Origin: Coriobacteriales bacterium
GTDB lineage: Bacteria > Actinomycetota > Coriobacteriia > Coriobacteriales > UBA8131
Reading direction: 5' to 3'
NCBI GenBank assembly: GCA_031272005.1
Contig: JAISUQ010000179.1
Span: forward strand, 1-39,342
Length of the DNA stretch: 39,342 nucleotides
Shown here: positions 36,850-39,342 of the stretch, in pieces
Layout of the letters: every line of letters begins with the position of its first letter
Numbering within the stretch: the stretch's first letter is position 1
Notes under the pieces: model-generated
The model's database searches: none
What the model was told of the DNA's origin: nothing
Seen by the model: the letters and a program-made list of their open reading frames with translations, nothing else
Made by a program: the position numbers and the translations under genes

Positions 36850-37637
36850 TCAAAGCAATGACTCTGCTACAGCAATCCTCTCCTGCATCATGGCAATCCG
36901 CATCCGATCCTCATTTGAAAGAAAATCATAGTAAGCAGATTTATTAATTAGATAAAGTGCTTCAAACTTCATTGCCTTGAGAATGCCATTTTTCAGTAAT
37001 CTGTCATCATCAGTCATCGTGAAGACAATCTTTCTTGTCTCAAACTTATCTGCATATGGCGCAAACTGCTTCAGGAACGAAATTGAATCAAATGTTATTC
37101 CCCCCCTACTCCTATGCGCATTTTATGCGCTTTAGCTTTGTTGGCAAATTCCTTAGATATTTCCATCATGCGTTCGTTGTTGACTTCTGATTTGGGCAAA
37201 TGCAGCGAACCAGAAAGGTCAACGCGCCCAATGACAATAGTGTCTAAAAAACCATCAGCTACAGCAAGGATGCCGTCAATGTTCTTCAAACAGGTCATAG
37301 TTTCGGTGTTGATAATCCATTCGATTTCGTTTGAACAATCAGCGTAGACTCTGGATGCAGTTTCTCGAAATTTTTTCATTGCATAAGAAGACTCTATCAT
37401 TGGTGCCATAATCCCATTGGCACCAAGATGCCGGCACTGATAAAGATCCCTGACTGCCTCACACCCGCCAATCTTAATAGTCAAATTCATATTGGCTCTG
37501 AAGACAATCTCGGTAAGCAGGACCAATTCGTCAGTCCTCGAACCCTCGGCTTCAAACTCTGCCTTCACAGCGAGAACACCGTAATTGTCGCGAAGTTCTT
37601 TGAGCAGCTCAAACATTTGCTTCTCGGTTGCATTCAT
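36850..37637 (-). pseudogene. HpcH/HpaI aldolase/citrate lyase-like protein, frameshifted at a G7 tract (37100-37106)
   Basis: KAEFEAEG, KIGGCEA, MAPMIES, INTET, IGRVDLSGS. The frame stops at VGGE*. Adding one G gives VGGGITFDSISF...KFETRKIVF...AESLL*, a 262-aa protein ending at TGA 36850-36852. Confidence 0.8.
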
Positions 37638-39289
37638 CACCTGTACCCCATGTCCTGATAATCGCTTGTCGAAGAAGAGTATAGTCTATGTGCTTCATAA
37701 TAGTAGTCATTTCTAACATAAACAGTACTGTCCAAAGCATCATTAAATGGGGTGTAGTTTGCTTCGATGTACTCAACGTAGTCAGCGGCGTATTCTTGTT
37801 GAGAATAGCCTCTTGGTGCAAGAGTCGAATTATAAATCACTACTTTTGGCTGATTATGGGCGAAGTCCTCCAGCCCTTTCTGCCCATACTTTTCAGTCAT
37901 CCATGCTGATATGCCGCCGTATGGAGCCGCTGGCAAGTGGCCAGTACCGATATAGAGGTCGACTCTGACATCACACACGAGTATCCGATCTTCAGGAGTG
38001 GTAATGGCGTTGATGATAGCCCCGGTACTTCCAGCGGTGGTATATGTATCATTGATGTCCCGATTCAGGTTGGCTGGCATCTGCACGATATAAGAGTTGC
38101 AAATCAGTAAGCTCGCAATTAGTGGAAAAATGGAAACTGCCGGTAGTGCTTCCCTGTATTTATTACGCGACTGAAAGGCTTTTACAGCAGGGTATAGAAG
38201 AGTGAAACACGACACGGCATAGTACGGAATCATGTGCCAGCCGCCAGCGATATTGTATCGAGCCATTGACATGACAATGAAAACGAAGATCATCAATCCA
38301 TGCAATTTATTCTTCAAGAAAACATAGAATATGAAGCAAATGTTACCGATAAAATAGCTGGCCACCATCAGGCTGCTGAAAGCCTGATCACCAATTGAGG
38401 TAACCGAATCGAACAACGAAGTGAAGAAAAACAAGAATGGGAGAATAAATGCCTCCAGGATACTGGAGCCATACTTATTGTCATTATACTTTGGGTAGAT
38501 TTCTCTATTGATTACCCAGATACCTTGATAAGCGTCATCAAGCGTACCAGTTAAAACCAAGTAGAGCAGAAAAACCAACAGGGCGCCGATAATTATTCCA
38601 AAAAGCAATTTGAATTTTGTGAAAAGATGCAGTATAAATTCCTTGAAAGTGCGCTTTTTCGCCTGCGCATCTGAGGCTTCAATAATCAGTACGCTGAGCA
38701 AAGTAGTGAAAAGCACAAATCCCGAGACCATCGCTGAGCCCAACATGAGAATGACACTGATACCCAGAGCAATCGAACTACGCCTCGACAGTTCTTTGGT
38801 TTTCAGATAATGCAGGAATTCCAACAGGAGCAGAACCAAACCCATCATGTGTAGCAAGTCGGTGGTTACTGAGTAGAGTTCGGATTGCAGGCTCAAAGAA
38901 CTGATGAATAAAGCTGGAAAGATCAGGCACGGTATTGCGCCATACCATTTCTTATAACGAAGCCATGCAAAAGTAAAAAAACCTGACAACAGACAGTATG
39001 TGCCAACTCGAAAACCAATGAACCCTTTAACTCCAAAGAGAGTTAGTAGATAGCAGAAGAAGTACATCAGCGGTGGATGCTGAGAGGGGTAGCCGTCGTA
39101 GAGCAGTGCACCGTTTTTCATCACCAATGCACCAATCATGTTGTCCGACTCATAAATTGTAGCTGGCATATTGATATGAGGAATGAACATCAGAAAATAG
39201 AGCGCAAACACACCGATGGTCAGCAAGGCAGCTTTTTGCATCTGCGTGCCCTTTTTCTTGCTCAGCAGCGTTTTGTTCGTGCTACTCAT
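37637..39289 (-). CDS. Multi-pass membrane protein, probable GT-C fold glycosyltransferase (AT-rich)
   Basis: Many TM segments, first-loop YESDNM and LYDGYPSQHPPL, and a soluble C-terminal domain. Codon usage is visibly unlike the core genes. Confidence 0.7.
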   Translation of the reverse strand: MSSTNKTLLSKKKGTQMQKAALLTIGVFALYFLMFIPHINMPATIYESDNMIGALVMKNGALLYDGYPSQHPPLMYFFCYLLTLFGVKGFIGFRVGTYCLLSGFFTFAWLRYKKWYGAIPCLIFPALFISSLSLQSELYSVTTDLLHMMGLVLLLLEFLHYLKTKELSRRSSIALGISVILMLGSAMVSGFVLFTTLLSVLIIEASDAQAKKRTFKEFILHLFTKFKLLFGIIIGALLVFLLYLVLTGTLDDAYQGIWVINREIYPKYNDNKYGSSILEAFILPFLFFFTSLFDSVTSIGDQAFSSLMVASYFIGNICFIFYVFLKNKLHGLMIFVFIVMSMARYNIAGGWHMIPYYAVSCFTLLYPAVKAFQSRNKYREALPAVSIFPLIASLLICNSYIVQMPANLNRDINDTYTTAGSTGAIINAITTPEDRILVCDVRVDLYIGTGHLPAAPYGGISAWMTEKYGQKGLEDFAHNQPKVVIYNSTLAPRGYSQQEYAADYVEYIEANYTPFNDALDSTVYVRNDYYYEAHRLYSSSTSDYQDMGYR

Positions 39290-39341
39290 TTTTTCCTCGG
39301 GGGATAGCGATGCTCTTCAAGAGCCTATCGTGGATGAATTC
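39282..39341 (-). CDS. Possible 3' end of an upstream gene (partial)
   Basis: Frame EFIHDRLLKSIAIPRGKNE* is open from the window edge. Its stop overlaps the start of the next gene (ATGAGTAG). Confidence 0.3.
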   Translation of the reverse strand, partial: EFIHDRLLKSIAIPRGKNE

Positions 39342-39342
39342 T

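Overview
High-GC bacterial chromosome segment; the ribosomal protein sequences look like Actinomycetota, class Coriobacteriia (inferred, not searched). 1-13242 is the 3' end of fusA followed directly by the S10-spc cluster (rpsJ to rplO, secY, adk, map). There is no tuf before rpsJ, and no infA/rpmJ/alpha operon after map. 13243-14870 is an AT-richer, apparently decayed spacer with gene fragments and palindromes. 14898-20092 holds a DUF2064 protein, a coiled-coil/M23 peptidoglycan hydrolase, a Sir2 deacylase and a DUF1015 protein. The 690-bp gap between the M23 and Sir2 genes carries two non-coding palindromic elements: a ~185-bp foldback between 11-bp direct repeats, and a 107-bp MITE-like element with IS5-like ends and a 4-bp duplication. 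20110-39342 is a cell-wall polysaccharide locus of two convergent operons. The + operon encodes LCP, RmlD, RmlC, GT4, GT2, a coiled-coil/RgpF/HAD fusion, Wzm, Wzt and a GT-C-like protein. The - operon encodes a GT-C-like protein, an aldolase-like protein frameshifted at a G7 tract, a UXS-like SDR, Ugd and a Wzx-like flippase. Many accessory genes carry in-frame tandem-repeat insertions. No tRNA, rRNA, CRISPR array or transposase was seen. All family assignments come from motif recognition by eye, without database searches.
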